From: a virus
Lineage: Duplodnaviria > Caudoviricetes
Length of the DNA: 62,745 nt
Strand: one strand, 5' to 3'
Virus record (IMG/VR): IMGVR_UViG_3300030090_000213
Span: 1 to 62,745 of that record
Within the stretch, counting starts at the first letter, position 1, and the number at the start of each line of letters is the position of its first letter. Positions 8,715-19,588 of this stretch are shown piece after piece. A program made the position numbers and the translations under genes. The notes under the pieces are model-generated. The model was not told the DNA's origin, did not search any database, and worked only from the letters and a program-made list of their open reading frames with translations.

Positions 8715-10465
8715 AAAAACTATTATTGCCTATACTTATAATATTAGCATTACCTCTAGTATTCCAAAGTACACCTACAGAAATATTAAAACTTAAAGTG
8801 TATGACACTTTTATAAAAATACCAGAAGAATCAGGCAATTTTGTCATACTTAATATTACTGAAGAAGATGTAGAGCGAGAAGGTGGTTATCCATTACCAA
8901 GACAAAGACTAGCTGAAATACAAATAGATTTACTTAATAAAGGTGCAGTAGGTATTGGTTGGGTTATATCTTTTCCACAAGCTGACAGAATGGGTGGTGA
9001 TGAAGTATTTGCTGCAGCACTAGAATATGCACCATCTGTAATAGCTATGTTTGAAGATGGCAAAGGTATTTATCCTGCTACATCTGGAACTGTTGTGCTT
9101 GGCGAAGATAATGGTGGTATAATAAGTTTGGGAGTGAAGGAAAACCATCCTCTCTTGTCAAATAAAACACTTCAAGGGTTAGCCATTGCTCCCACAGATG
9201 TTGACCAACTTGTAAGAAGAATACCTCTTTTAGTAAAAACTCCTAATAATGAATGGATTCCTAGTTTTGGAACACAGATATATAAAGCTTTATTTAATGT
9301 CAAAACTTACATTATAAAAACTAATGATAATGGTATATCAGAAATATCAATAAGAGGAATACCACCAGTTAAAACAGATAGTCTTGGGCGTAAGTGGATT
9401 TCTTGGGTTAATACTCCAGAAACTACATTACAAGAAATGGATGTTGCGGGTAAGTTTGTTTTTGTTGGTGTTACTGCAAATGGCGTTATGCCACAAATAG
9501 CAACACCTGTTGGTTTATTAGAACCACATAAAATTCAAACTGCACTTGCTGAATCAATATTAATACAAGATAGTCCTTATATACCTGATTGGCATTTAGC
9601 AGTTGAATTATTAATTTTAGTGATAACAGTAAGTTTGGTTTGGTTATGTGTAAATATTTTTGGAATGACGCTAGGAATAATATTTACTGGTCTATTATTT
9701 TTTTTAACAATATTTTCTGGACACTATCTAATACAGCTTGGAATACTAATAGATGTAAGTTGGACACTAATTTCACAATTTATAACAGCGTCAATAGGAT
9801 TTTATATAAGATTTAGAGAGCAATATAAATTAAGACAACAGATTAAAAAACAATTTGAACATTATTTAGACCCTAGACAAGTTAAAAAATTACAAGATAA
9901 CCCAGATTCTTTAGTATTAGGTGGTGAACGCAGATATTGTACATTTTTGTTTACAGATGTTAGAGGTTTTACTGCTATGTCTGAAAAGTTAGAACCAGAA
10001 GAAGTTACAGAAATAATGAATAAAGCCCTTACTATACAAGCAGATGCAGTTAAAAAGTATGGTGGTATGGTAGATAAATATATTGGTGATGCCATGATGG
10101 CTATTTTTAACGCACCGATTAACCTTCCAGACCATGAAACTTTATCTGTGTTATGTGCTGAAGAAATACAAGAAAATATTAAAAAAGCTAATTTAGGTGT
10201 TGAAATAGGAATAGGTGTTAATACTGGATATGCTGTTATAGGCAATATGGGAAGCGAAACTAGGTTTGATTATACCGCTATAGGTGATGCAGTAAACCTT
10301 GCTGCTAGGCTTGAAAGCTCTACAAAGGAAGTTGGAGAAGATATTGTTATTGGATATAATACAATTCATGTAGAAAATTTTAGTTCTGAAATAATATTAA
10401 AAGAATTAAAAAGTATATATGTAAAAGGTAAAGAAAAACCAATACAAATATATACAATAGATTAA
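8711..10465 (+). CDS. CHASE2-sensor class III adenylate/guanylate cyclase
   Basis: N-terminal sensor, three TM helices, FTDVRGFT, DKYIGDAMMA, DYTAIGDAVNLAARLES catalytic motifs; K/D residues suggest ATP specificity. Confidence 0.9.
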   Translation: MKKLLLPILIILALPLVFQSTPTEILKLKVYDTFIKIPEESGNFVILNITEEDVEREGGYPLPRQRLAEIQIDLLNKGAVGIGWVISFPQADRMGGDEVFAAALEYAPSVIAMFEDGKGIYPATSGTVVLGEDNGGIISLGVKENHPLLSNKTLQGLAIAPTDVDQLVRRIPLLVKTPNNEWIPSFGTQIYKALFNVKTYIIKTNDNGISEISIRGIPPVKTDSLGRKWISWVNTPETTLQEMDVAGKFVFVGVTANGVMPQIATPVGLLEPHKIQTALAESILIQDSPYIPDWHLAVELLILVITVSLVWLCVNIFGMTLGIIFTGLLFFLTIFSGHYLIQLGILIDVSWTLISQFITASIGFYIRFREQYKLRQQIKKQFEHYLDPRQVKKLQDNPDSLVLGGERRYCTFLFTDVRGFTAMSEKLEPEEVTEIMNKALTIQADAVKKYGGMVDKYIGDAMMAIFNAPINLPDHETLSVLCAEEIQENIKKANLGVEIGIGVNTGYAVIGNMGSETRFDYTAIGDAVNLAARLESSTKEVGEDIVIGYNTIHVENFSSEIILKELKSIYVKGKEKPIQIYTID

Positions 10466-10478
10466 TTAAAGGAATTTT

Positions 10479-10958
10479 ATGAAAGCAATATTAAAAAATA
10501 TAGTAGGTGCTGTTGCACCAACATTAGGCACAGCAATTAGTGGACCTTTAGGTGGAATGGCTATGGGTAAAATAGCTGAAGTGTTAGGCGTATCTAATGA
10601 CCAAAAATCTATACAACAAGCTATACAAAATGCTACACCAGAGCAAATGCTAGAACTTAAAAAAGCTGAACAAGAGTTTGAAGTACAAATGAAAGAACTT
10701 GATGTAGATGTATTTAAGTTAGAAGTAGCAGATAAACAAAATGCTAGAGGTATGTTTAGCAAAGACTGGACTGCCCGTATTATAGGTTTATTTACCATAG
10801 GTGGTTTTTTAGGTTATATATTTTTAGTTACTTTACAACCACCAGAACAAAATTCTGAAGCACTTATAAATTTAGTGTTAGGTTATTTAGGAGGGTTAGC
10901 AAGTGCAATTATTTCGTTTTATTTCGGAGCATCTCATACCAGCGACAAAGGAGAATAA
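10479..10958 (+). CDS. Putative holin / membrane protein
   Basis: Two C-terminal TM helices ending ISFYFGAS; immediately upstream of the lysozyme. Confidence 0.6.
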   Translation: MKAILKNIVGAVAPTLGTAISGPLGGMAMGKIAEVLGVSNDQKSIQQAIQNATPEQMLELKKAEQEFEVQMKELDVDVFKLEVADKQNARGMFSKDWTARIIGLFTIGGFLGYIFLVTLQPPEQNSEALINLVLGYLGGLASAIISFYFGASHTSDKGE

Positions 10959-10959
10959 C

Positions 10960-11409
10960 ATGAATATATCACAAGAGGGTTTATCTTTAATTAAAAAGTT
11001 TGAGGGTTGTGAGCTTGAAGCTTACAAATGTGCAGCAGGAGTTTGGACAATAGGTTATGGTTCAACTAAAGGTGTAAAAGAGGGTGATACTATTACCCAA
11101 GAAGAAGCTGATGAATTGTTATTACACGAAATGGAAGAATACGAAGGTTATATAAATGACTTGGTTGAAACTAATTTAAAACAAAACGAATTTGATGCTA
11201 TGGTTTCATGGGTATTTAATCTTGGACCAGCTAATTTAAAAAATTCAACTTTGTTAAAAGTGTTAAATAGTTCACATCCAGATTGGAATGATGTACCAGC
11301 ACAAATAAAAAGATGGAATAAAGCTGGTGGAAAGGTTTTACAAGGTCTAATAAGAAGAAGAGAAGCAGAAGCCTTACTATTTGAAGGCAAAGAATGGCAT
11401 GAGGTTTAA
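10960..11409 (+). CDS. Endolysin, GH24 (lambda/T4-type) lysozyme
   Basis: GLSLIKKFEG, AGVWTIGYG, FNLG, RWNKAGGKVLQGLIRRREAE; ATG at 10960 after AGGAG. Confidence 0.92.
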   Translation: MNISQEGLSLIKKFEGCELEAYKCAAGVWTIGYGSTKGVKEGDTITQEEADELLLHEMEEYEGYINDLVETNLKQNEFDAMVSWVFNLGPANLKNSTLLKVLNSSHPDWNDVPAQIKRWNKAGGKVLQGLIRRREAEALLFEGKEWHEV

Positions 11410-11411
11410 CT

Positions 11412-13268
11412 ATGCCATTAGCAAAGTATGTATTTAAACCAGGTATAAATAAAGAAGGTACTAATTATAGTAATGAAGGTGGCTGGTTTGATGCAGATAA
11501 AGTTAGATTTCGTAAAGGTAGACCTGAAAGAATAGGTGGTTGGCAAAAACAAAGCACAGATAGTTTTATAGGTACTTGTAGAAAAATTTATCCTTATAAA
11601 GTAGCTGATGGTACTGATTATATAACTTTAGGCACTCATCAAAAATTTTATGTATTACAAGGTAATGTTTATTACGATGTAACACCTATTAGAAGTACAA
11701 CATCTGCAGGAGATGTAACATTTGCAGCAACAGATGGAAGTACAACTATTACAGCTACAGATACTTCTCATGGTGCAGTAGAAGGAGATTTTGTTACATT
11801 TAGTAATGCTGCTAGTCTAGGTGGTAATATTACTGCTGCAGTTTTAAATCAAGAGTATCAAATAGATAGTGTTCCAACTGCTAACACATTTACTTTTACA
11901 GCTACTGCAACTGCTAATTCAAGTGATGAAAGTGGTAATGGTGGTAGTTCTACAGTTGGTACATATCAATTAAATTCTGGATTAGATGTTTATGTTAAAT
12001 CTACTGGCTGGGGTTCAGGTACATGGGGTGCTGGAAGTTGGGGTGCTGCTACTGATTTATCTTTTACTAATCAATTAAGATTATGGTCAATAGATAATTT
12101 TGGTGATGATACAGTATTAAATCCAAGAGCTGGTGGTATTTTTTATTGGGATGAATCTTCTGGATTAAGCACAAGAGCAGTTAATATTTCTACTTTAAGT
12201 GGTGCTAGTGATGTACCAACAGCAGTATTACAAACAATGATTTCTGATGTTGATAAACACGCAATAGCTTTTGGTTGTAATCCAATAGGTTCTTCTGCTA
12301 TTGACCCTTTATTAGTAAGATTTTCAGATACAGAAAGTATTACAGATTGGACACCAACTGCAATAAATCAAGCAGGTGGAGTTCAACTATCTATGGGTTC
12401 AACCATTATAGGTGCATTAAGAACAAGACAAGAAATACTTATTTGGACAGACGCAGGTATAATTTCCATGAGATTTGTAGGTGCACCATTTGTATTTTCA
12501 TTTAATGAAGTAGCTCATGGACCATCTTTAATTGGACCTAATGCAGCAGTAAATGCTAATAATAGTGTTTATTTTATGGATAATGGTGGATTTTATATTT
12601 ATTCAGGTTCTGCACAAAGACTACCTTGTACTGTATTAGATTATGTTTTAAGTGATTTGAATCAAGGACAGGCACATAAAGTATTTGGTGCAGTCAATGA
12701 TAGTGCTAATGAAATTATGTGGTTTTATCCTTCAGGTACAAATACAGAAATAGATAAATATGTTATGTATAACTATTTAGAACAAGTATGGTCTATTGGT
12801 ACAACATCAGATAATTTTGTAAGAACTGCTTGGGATGAAGCTTTAATTTTAAATAACCCAATAGCAGCAAGTAAAAATGATAGTACAGTAAATGTTAATT
12901 ATCTTTATGCACATGAAATAGGACATGGAGACGATGGTAGTAATTTTAGTGCATATATAGAATCTAGTGATTTTGACTTAGACCCTGATGGTGAAAAGTT
13001 TATAGCGGTAAATAGAATAATACCTGATATACAATTTAGAGACCAACAATCTACATCTGATGATGTAACTATTACAATTAAAGGTAGAAATTATCCATTA
13101 GAAGATTTATCTACTTTATCTACTGTATCAGTTACACCAGCTTCAACATTTACTAATACAAGAGCTAGAAGTAGACAATGTGCAATAAGAGTATCTAATT
13201 CATCTAATGATTATGGTTGGAGACTTGGTGATTTAAGATTAGATATAAGACCAGATGGTAAAAGATAA
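11412..13268 (+). CDS. Tail/packaged-DNA stabilisation protein (P22 gp10-like nozzle)
   Basis: 618-aa beta-rich protein ending RARSRQ...WRLGDLRLDIRPDGKR, typical of podovirus tail hub proteins; inference. Confidence 0.6.
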   Translation: MPLAKYVFKPGINKEGTNYSNEGGWFDADKVRFRKGRPERIGGWQKQSTDSFIGTCRKIYPYKVADGTDYITLGTHQKFYVLQGNVYYDVTPIRSTTSAGDVTFAATDGSTTITATDTSHGAVEGDFVTFSNAASLGGNITAAVLNQEYQIDSVPTANTFTFTATATANSSDESGNGGSSTVGTYQLNSGLDVYVKSTGWGSGTWGAGSWGAATDLSFTNQLRLWSIDNFGDDTVLNPRAGGIFYWDESSGLSTRAVNISTLSGASDVPTAVLQTMISDVDKHAIAFGCNPIGSSAIDPLLVRFSDTESITDWTPTAINQAGGVQLSMGSTIIGALRTRQEILIWTDAGIISMRFVGAPFVFSFNEVAHGPSLIGPNAAVNANNSVYFMDNGGFYIYSGSAQRLPCTVLDYVLSDLNQGQAHKVFGAVNDSANEIMWFYPSGTNTEIDKYVMYNYLEQVWSIGTTSDNFVRTAWDEALILNNPIAASKNDSTVNVNYLYAHEIGHGDDGSNFSAYIESSDFDLDPDGEKFIAVNRIIPDIQFRDQQSTSDDVTITIKGRNYPLEDLSTLSTVSVTPASTFTNTRARSRQCAIRVSNSSNDYGWRLGDLRLDIRPDGKR

Positions 13269-13471
13269 TGGCAAATCCTAAATCAATAGTATTACCTTTA
13301 GCACAACAAGAATATAGTTCCGCAGATGAGGCAGTTACAAGAAGAATAATGGAACAAGCAATACAAGATTTAGCTATAGAAGTAGATAAATTACAAAGAT
13401 TACAAAGTGTTGTAGTTAGTAAAGGTTTAAAAAGACATCAATTTTTATTAATGGGAATGAAGCATGGCTGA
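13268..13471 (+). CDS. Hypothetical protein
   Basis: 67-aa coupled ORF. Confidence 0.55.
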   Translation: MANPKSIVLPLAQQEYSSADEAVTRRIMEQAIQDLAIEVDKLQRLQSVVVSKGLKRHQFLLMGMKHG

Positions 13472-13805
13472 TAATTTAAAAGTTTTAGGTCAAGTTGACC
13501 CTGCAGCAACAACAACAACTACACTTTATACTGTGCCTAATATGACACAAACAACAGTTAGCTCTATAGTTGCAGCAAATAGAACAGGTTCTGCAATAAC
13601 ATTTAGATTAAGTGTTCATGTAGCTGGTGCAGGTGCAGATGATAAACAATATCTTTATTATGATAAATCAGTAGCAGCAAATGATTCTTTAGCAATAGTT
13701 TTAGGCATTACATTAAATCAGACAGATGTCGTAAAAGTTTATACAAGTGCAGTAGATATGAGTTTCAATATGTTTGGTTGTGAAACCAAAGAGGAAGATA
13801 GATAA
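13464..13805 (+). CDS. Hypothetical virion protein
   Basis: 113-aa beta-rich ORF in the tail cluster. Confidence 0.6.
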   Translation: MADNLKVLGQVDPAATTTTTLYTVPNMTQTTVSSIVAANRTGSAITFRLSVHVAGAGADDKQYLYYDKSVAANDSLAIVLGITLNQTDVVKVYTSAVDMSFNMFGCETKEEDR

Positions 13806-13807
13806 AT

Positions 13808-16258
13808 ATGGATATAAAACAACAAACCAAAAATGTAGCAGCACAAGGTCGTTTTGGCGATTCTATGTTACTTCATGTAAATCCTGCAGAAGTTAAAGGG
13901 TTAGCATCTGCTATGCCTATAACAATGAATCCAGAAACAGGACAGCCAGAGGCTTTTTTACCTTTCTTAGCACCTATGTTAGGTAGTTTAATAGCACCAA
14001 CAATTTTAGCTGGAACAGGATTATCAGCAGCAGCTATGGCAGGTATAGGAGCAGGTTTAGCTACTTATGCACAAACAGGTGGTTCTGGAAGTAAAGCATT
14101 AATATCAGGTCTTACAGCAGGTTTAGGAACAAAAGCTTTAGAAGGTGTAGCAAATCCAGGTTTAGATGCAGCTATAGCCGATGCACAAGTTACAGCAGGT
14201 ATAGGTACACCTGTTGACCCAAGTTTTGTTGGACCTGTAACACCACCTACAAGTTTTGCACAAACACCACCTACAACTTTAGCTGGTCAACAAGCTGCAG
14301 AACAAGCAGTAAGACAAACTGTAGGTGGACCAGTATCATCTTTACAAAAAATATTTAGTCCTGGATTAGATGAAGGTGTAAAATCATTAGGAAGTGCAGC
14401 AATGACTCCTACTGGTATGTTAGCAGGAACTGCAGCAGGTACTGGAGCTGTAATGCAATCACAAGAAGAGTTTGAAAGACAAATGGCTGAACTTGCATTA
14501 GATGAAGAAGAGCGTAAAAAAAGAATGTATGAAATGTACCCTGAACAAATACCAATAGCTTCAGGTGGTAGCACTAATTTTGCAGATGGCGGTAAAACAG
14601 GTTTTCAAAGAGGTCGTAATGTTTATTCAAACTATGACCCAATGATGAATATGAATTTTAATCCAATTCAAAATAGTTACCAAACTACTACTAGACAAGT
14701 TAGACCAATTACACCTGGATTTATGGCAGGTTTTTCTCCTGAATATAGATATTTTCAAGGCAATGACCCAAAAAGATATTTAACAAGATATGCTGGAAAT
14801 ATAGAAGATAGTAGTAATCCACAAACTTATGGATTTCAACCACCAGTACAACCATTATCTCCTCGTCAATTTATTAACGAAGGTAGATATATGCCTCCTC
14901 TAAGATTTGGTGGATATGGCAATCCTTTTATGCAAACACCAAGTTATAGAAGTTTTTATGGTAATCCTCAAATGGGTGGCATGATTAATCCTTATGCAAG
15001 ATTTAGACAACAACCTATACAACCATATTTCCCACCACCTCCAGTTTATACACCACCACCTAGAGATGATGTACCTCCTCCAAGAGATGATATACCACCA
15101 CCAGATATTCCACCACCTGATGATAATATAGGTCGTAAAGGTACACCTAGAAATATAACACCTATAATTCCACCAGATGATTTTGTTACTCGTGGACCTG
15201 TAAGAGGAGGTATGAATCGTGAAAATCCAGTACCTATAACTACACCACCTCCTACAATAACAATACCTATTGAAGGTGGAGCAGATGTAACAATACCTGA
15301 TTTTAGTAAAATAAATACTCCAATAACTCCTCCTATGATTAAAGGTTTAGAAGATAGAGATGCTATGCGTCAAGAACGACCATTAGGAAGTTTTGAAAAT
15401 CCTTTGTTTACTCAGATAGGTGTAGGATTAACAGGCACACCAATAGAGGAAAGAAATAAGCGTCTGTTGAGACCAATAGAAATTCCTAAAGGTAGTGATG
15501 AAATGTCTATAGATAGAGTAGCACCTACAGATGATATGGCTAGATTACCTGGACTACCATTACAAGCAAACCCAGCACCGATTATACCGCCTCCTGTAAC
15601 ACCTCCAACTCTTCCAACTCCATCAGCACCAGCTAATAATCCTCCTCAAATGTCTATTGGTGGACCAGGTGGTTCTAAAAATGATATGTTTAGATTTGTT
15701 AAACCAACAGCTATGTTTGCAGAAGGTAAAGATACTGATAAAGAATTACCTAATGAAGGATTAAAAGCTTTAGCTAAAACAGAAAAAGGTAAAAAAGTTG
15801 TAGAAGCAATGGGTTATCAAGAAGGTGGACCAACAGATATAATGCAAGACCCAATAACACAAGAAGTTATACAGTTTATTCTTGGTGAATCTGATAATAG
15901 CGATATAGTTAATCAATTTTTACAAAAATATGGTCAAGAACAATTTTTAATGTTAAGAGATATGATATTAAAACAAGCTGCAGGTAATGTAGATGCACAA
16001 ACAGAAGGACTAATACAAGGTGTTGGTAATAGTGGCATGGCAGATGATTTACCTATGAATATAGGTAATAAACCTATAGCTGCTGTATCACAAGATGAAT
16101 ATATTATTCCAGCAGATGTTGTATCTATGTTAGGCGATGGTAGTTCTGATGCAGGTTCTAAACAATTAGATGGTATGTTAGATAGAGTTAGAATGGCTAA
16201 GACTGGTGGTAAAACACAAGCTCCACCATTAAATCCAAATAAGGTATTACCAGCATGA
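13808..16258 (+). CDS. Putative internal virion/ejection protein with long Pro-rich central region
   Basis: GRFGDSMLLHVNPAE N-terminus, TM-like segment, Pro-rich middle, C-terminal SQDEYIIPADVVS.LGDGSSDAG domain. Confidence 0.6.
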   Translation: MDIKQQTKNVAAQGRFGDSMLLHVNPAEVKGLASAMPITMNPETGQPEAFLPFLAPMLGSLIAPTILAGTGLSAAAMAGIGAGLATYAQTGGSGSKALISGLTAGLGTKALEGVANPGLDAAIADAQVTAGIGTPVDPSFVGPVTPPTSFAQTPPTTLAGQQAAEQAVRQTVGGPVSSLQKIFSPGLDEGVKSLGSAAMTPTGMLAGTAAGTGAVMQSQEEFERQMAELALDEEERKKRMYEMYPEQIPIASGGSTNFADGGKTGFQRGRNVYSNYDPMMNMNFNPIQNSYQTTTRQVRPITPGFMAGFSPEYRYFQGNDPKRYLTRYAGNIEDSSNPQTYGFQPPVQPLSPRQFINEGRYMPPLRFGGYGNPFMQTPSYRSFYGNPQMGGMINPYARFRQQPIQPYFPPPPVYTPPPRDDVPPPRDDIPPPDIPPPDDNIGRKGTPRNITPIIPPDDFVTRGPVRGGMNRENPVPITTPPPTITIPIEGGADVTIPDFSKINTPITPPMIKGLEDRDAMRQERPLGSFENPLFTQIGVGLTGTPIEERNKRLLRPIEIPKGSDEMSIDRVAPTDDMARLPGLPLQANPAPIIPPPVTPPTLPTPSAPANNPPQMSIGGPGGSKNDMFRFVKPTAMFAEGKDTDKELPNEGLKALAKTEKGKKVVEAMGYQEGGPTDIMQDPITQEVIQFILGESDNSDIVNQFLQKYGQEQFLMLRDMILKQAAGNVDAQTEGLIQGVGNSGMADDLPMNIGNKPIAAVSQDEYIIPADVVSMLGDGSSDAGSKQLDGMLDRVRMAKTGGKTQAPPLNPNKVLPA

Positions 16259-16734
16259 ATCAAATAGCAGAAAAAATAGAACTAGAAACAGAACATAATT
16301 TTGAAATATCACTTGTGCCAGATGATAGATTAACTTTAGTTTGGAAACAATGTGAAAAACATTTACAAAAATCTTGTAATCGTTCTAATGGTAGAGCTTT
16401 ACCTAAAGATATATTTTATGACTGTTTAAATAAACAAGCTTCTTTATGGATTATATTTGATAAAGAAACATTAGATATATTTGGATGTTCTATAACAAAG
16501 ATAGTTGAATATCCAACTGGTAAAAGAATGTTAAATATAGACCATATTGGCGGTAAAAAAATGGATGAATGGATTGATAGAGGTCTTGAAGTTATAAACA
16601 AATGGGCTAAAAGTAATGAATGTGTAGGCATAGAAGGTATTGGTAGAGCAGGTTTTTGGAATTGGATTAAAGATAGACAAGGATGGGAAAAAACAGCAAT
16701 CTTTTTTGAATATGAATTTAAGGAGAATGAATAA
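16255..16734 (+). CDS. Hypothetical protein, possible GNAT-like fold
   Basis: HIGG..MDEW...WAK..EC..IEG.GR.G.W pattern; located in the ejection-protein cluster. Confidence 0.5.
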   Translation: MNQIAEKIELETEHNFEISLVPDDRLTLVWKQCEKHLQKSCNRSNGRALPKDIFYDCLNKQASLWIIFDKETLDIFGCSITKIVEYPTGKRMLNIDHIGGKKMDEWIDRGLEVINKWAKSNECVGIEGIGRAGFWNWIKDRQGWEKTAIFFEYEFKENE

Positions 16735-18161
16735 TGGGTGGAAGAAGTAAAAGCTCACCAGCACCAACAGAAACAAGAGTAACTCAAACAGATTTACCAG
16801 AATATGTACAACCATATTTTGAACGACTCCTAAAAAGAGGAGAAGCTGAATCTAATCAACCATATACTCCATATGGTGGTGAAAGAATAGCTTATTTTTC
16901 TCCTGATGAATTAGCTAGTCAAGGTATGACAAGAGGTTATGCACAAGCAGGAACTCCACCAGAATATCAACTAGCTTCACAAAGAGCTGCTATGTTAGGT
17001 GGACCATATGGTTCTGGTTATCAAGCTGATTATTTAGGCAATACATATGATGCACAAGGATATGGCTCTGGCTATCAAGCTGGTTTAGTAGGTTCTGATT
17101 ATCAAGCAGCAGCTATGGGTCCAGGTTATCAAGCACAACAATATACACCTACATATCAAGCAAGAAGTGCTGGACCTGATTATAATGTTTTAGGCTATGA
17201 ATCTAATATAAATAGATTTATGAGTCCTTATCAACAAGCTGTAACTGATATACAAAAAAGAGAAGCTATAAGACAATCAGAAATGATAGGTGATAAAACT
17301 GCTGATTCTGCAGCTATGTCTGGTGGTCTTGGTGGTTATCGTGAAGCTATTTTACAAGCAGAAAGAGAGCGTAATTTAGGTCAACAACTTGATGATATTC
17401 AAGCAAAAGGTAGTTTAGGTGCTTTTCAGTCAGCACAAGCACAACTTGCAGCAGAAAGAGCAGCACAATTAGATGCTTCAAGATTTGGTTTGCAACAATT
17501 TACTGCAGAAGAACAAGCAAGACAAGCACAAGAAAGATTTGGACAAAGTGCATATGGATTAGAAGAAGGTTCTTTCCAAAGACAAACACAATTAGATACA
17601 CAAAGATATCAAGCAGGTGAAGCTGCAAGACAAGCAGCAGCTAAATTAGGATTAACAGCAGCACAACAAAACGAAGCAGCACGACAAGCACAAGAAAAAT
17701 ATATGCAAAGTGCATATGCTCAATCAGAAAAAGCTTTCCAAGAACAAGGAAAACAAGATATTGCTGCTTACCAAGCTAGAGAAGCTGCTAGACAAGCACA
17801 AGAAAAACTTGGTCAATCAGCTTATGATATGTCTCAACGATATGGTTTGGCATCTGTAGATGCTCTTAGAGATGTTGGTGGAGATATACAAGATGATGTA
17901 AGACAAAGAATAGCTGCATTAACAGGTATAGGTGCACAACAAAGAGCAATGCAACAAGCATCTATGGATATGGGTTATCAAGACTTTTTAAGACAACAAG
18001 GTTTTGGTCAACAACAATTAGGTTTCTTAGGTGGATTATTAAGAGGTGTGCCTGTTCAACCACAACAACAAATAAGCACTTTTCAACAACAACCAGGATT
18101 ATTCCAATCAGCTTTAGGTATGGGATTACAAGGACTGGGTTTATATAAAGGATTAGCATAA
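16734..18161 (+). CDS. Putative DNA-transfer/ejection protein
   Basis: Q/A-rich helical protein, FMSPYQQAV, repeated AARQAQEK, C-terminal glycine-rich amphipathic tail. Confidence 0.6.
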   Translation: MGGRSKSSPAPTETRVTQTDLPEYVQPYFERLLKRGEAESNQPYTPYGGERIAYFSPDELASQGMTRGYAQAGTPPEYQLASQRAAMLGGPYGSGYQADYLGNTYDAQGYGSGYQAGLVGSDYQAAAMGPGYQAQQYTPTYQARSAGPDYNVLGYESNINRFMSPYQQAVTDIQKREAIRQSEMIGDKTADSAAMSGGLGGYREAILQAERERNLGQQLDDIQAKGSLGAFQSAQAQLAAERAAQLDASRFGLQQFTAEEQARQAQERFGQSAYGLEEGSFQRQTQLDTQRYQAGEAARQAAAKLGLTAAQQNEAARQAQEKYMQSAYAQSEKAFQEQGKQDIAAYQAREAARQAQEKLGQSAYDMSQRYGLASVDALRDVGGDIQDDVRQRIAALTGIGAQQRAMQQASMDMGYQDFLRQQGFGQQQLGFLGGLLRGVPVQPQQQISTFQQQPGLFQSALGMGLQGLGLYKGLA

Positions 18162-19582
18162 TGGCAAATTTAATAGAACTATCAAATGAATTAGAGTTTG
18201 TTCCAAAAGAACAGTTAATACAAATGTCGCAAGACCCTAATGCTACTTATCCCTCTTATTTAGTATTATCTGAAATACAACGAAGAACACAAATGGAAAA
18301 GATGTATGAGGCTCAACAACCTAAACCAGAAACAACTGTTGCTGAAGAGGTAGTTAATGAGTTTGCATCTAGTCCTGCAGGTTTAGGAGCTATGGCTCAA
18401 TCATCTGATACACCAAATGCTTTCCAATCAGGTGATATGGGTAACATGGCTCCGCCTTCTCCTATGCAAATGATGGCTTCTGGTGGTAGAACTGGTTATC
18501 AAGCAGGTAGTACGACTGAACAAGAAATGTTAAAAAATCAATTTCTACAAAGTGCAGGAATAGGTGGCGGCATAGAATCAACACTTAATAATCCAATGCA
18601 AGAACAAATAACAGAAGAACAAAAAGGTTTTCTTAAAAAAAGATATACAAAACCAGATGGAAGCATTGATTTTGGAAGAGCAGCACTAGATGGTTTTAAT
18701 ACTGCAACATTAGCAATGATATTAGCTCCAGAACCGACAACAACTGTTGTAGGTGGTGCTTTAAGAGGTATTGTTGGTGCTGGTAAAGGATTATTTAATC
18801 TTGTAAGAAATCCTAAACAAACTATAGATAAAGGTTTATCTTCTTTAGGAAGATTAAAATCAAGAATTACAGAAGGTAAAAGATTTAACAATCCAATAGC
18901 TTCACCACAATCTACAAGCAATCTACCAGTACCTGCAAGTAAATTTAGAGATATGGGATTAGAAGTTGTAAAAGATGTAACTCCAAGAGCTATTGGAGCT
19001 GGAATTATAATTCCTCAATTATTACCTGATAAAATAAAAACAACAGAAACAGAAACAGAAACAGCAGAAGAAAGAGCAGCTAGATTAAAAGCAGAAGCTG
19101 CTGCAAAATTAGAAGCAGATATAGCAGCAAGACAAAAAGCTGCAGCAGATAAAGAAGCTGAATTACTTGCACAAGCTAAAAAATCTCGTCAAGCAGATAT
19201 GTTAATAGGACTTGGTGGTGCTATAGGTTCTGCTAGAAATCTAGGAGAATTAAGTAGCGGTATATCTGATGCTTACTTTGGAGTTAAATCAGCAGAACAA
19301 GCTTCAGAATTAAAAGGCTTACAAGGTAGATTATTAGAAGCACAAGCTGCTAAATATGAAGCAGATGTAGCTAATATGCCATTAGATGCTGTTCTTACAA
19401 GTTTATCTACAGCACAAAAACAATTAGAATATTTACAAGATTCAGGTGATACAGAATCAGCAAAAGAGTTAATATTATATATAGACGCATTAAATGAAAG
19501 AGCTGCACAATTACAAGGGATAACTATTGCTCAAAAAGACCAAAGAAATAAATTATTAGGTTTAGTTGAAGAATTAGGATAA
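18161..19582 (+). CDS. Putative internal virion/ejection protein
   Basis: 473-aa helical, Ala-rich protein between ejection genes. Confidence 0.55.
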   Translation: MANLIELSNELEFVPKEQLIQMSQDPNATYPSYLVLSEIQRRTQMEKMYEAQQPKPETTVAEEVVNEFASSPAGLGAMAQSSDTPNAFQSGDMGNMAPPSPMQMMASGGRTGYQAGSTTEQEMLKNQFLQSAGIGGGIESTLNNPMQEQITEEQKGFLKKRYTKPDGSIDFGRAALDGFNTATLAMILAPEPTTTVVGGALRGIVGAGKGLFNLVRNPKQTIDKGLSSLGRLKSRITEGKRFNNPIASPQSTSNLPVPASKFRDMGLEVVKDVTPRAIGAGIIIPQLLPDKIKTTETETETAEERAARLKAEAAAKLEADIAARQKAAADKEAELLAQAKKSRQADMLIGLGGAIGSARNLGELSSGISDAYFGVKSAEQASELKGLQGRLLEAQAAKYEADVANMPLDAVLTSLSTAQKQLEYLQDSGDTESAKELILYIDALNERAAQLQGITIAQKDQRNKLLGLVEELG

Positions 19583-19588
19583 TAAATT

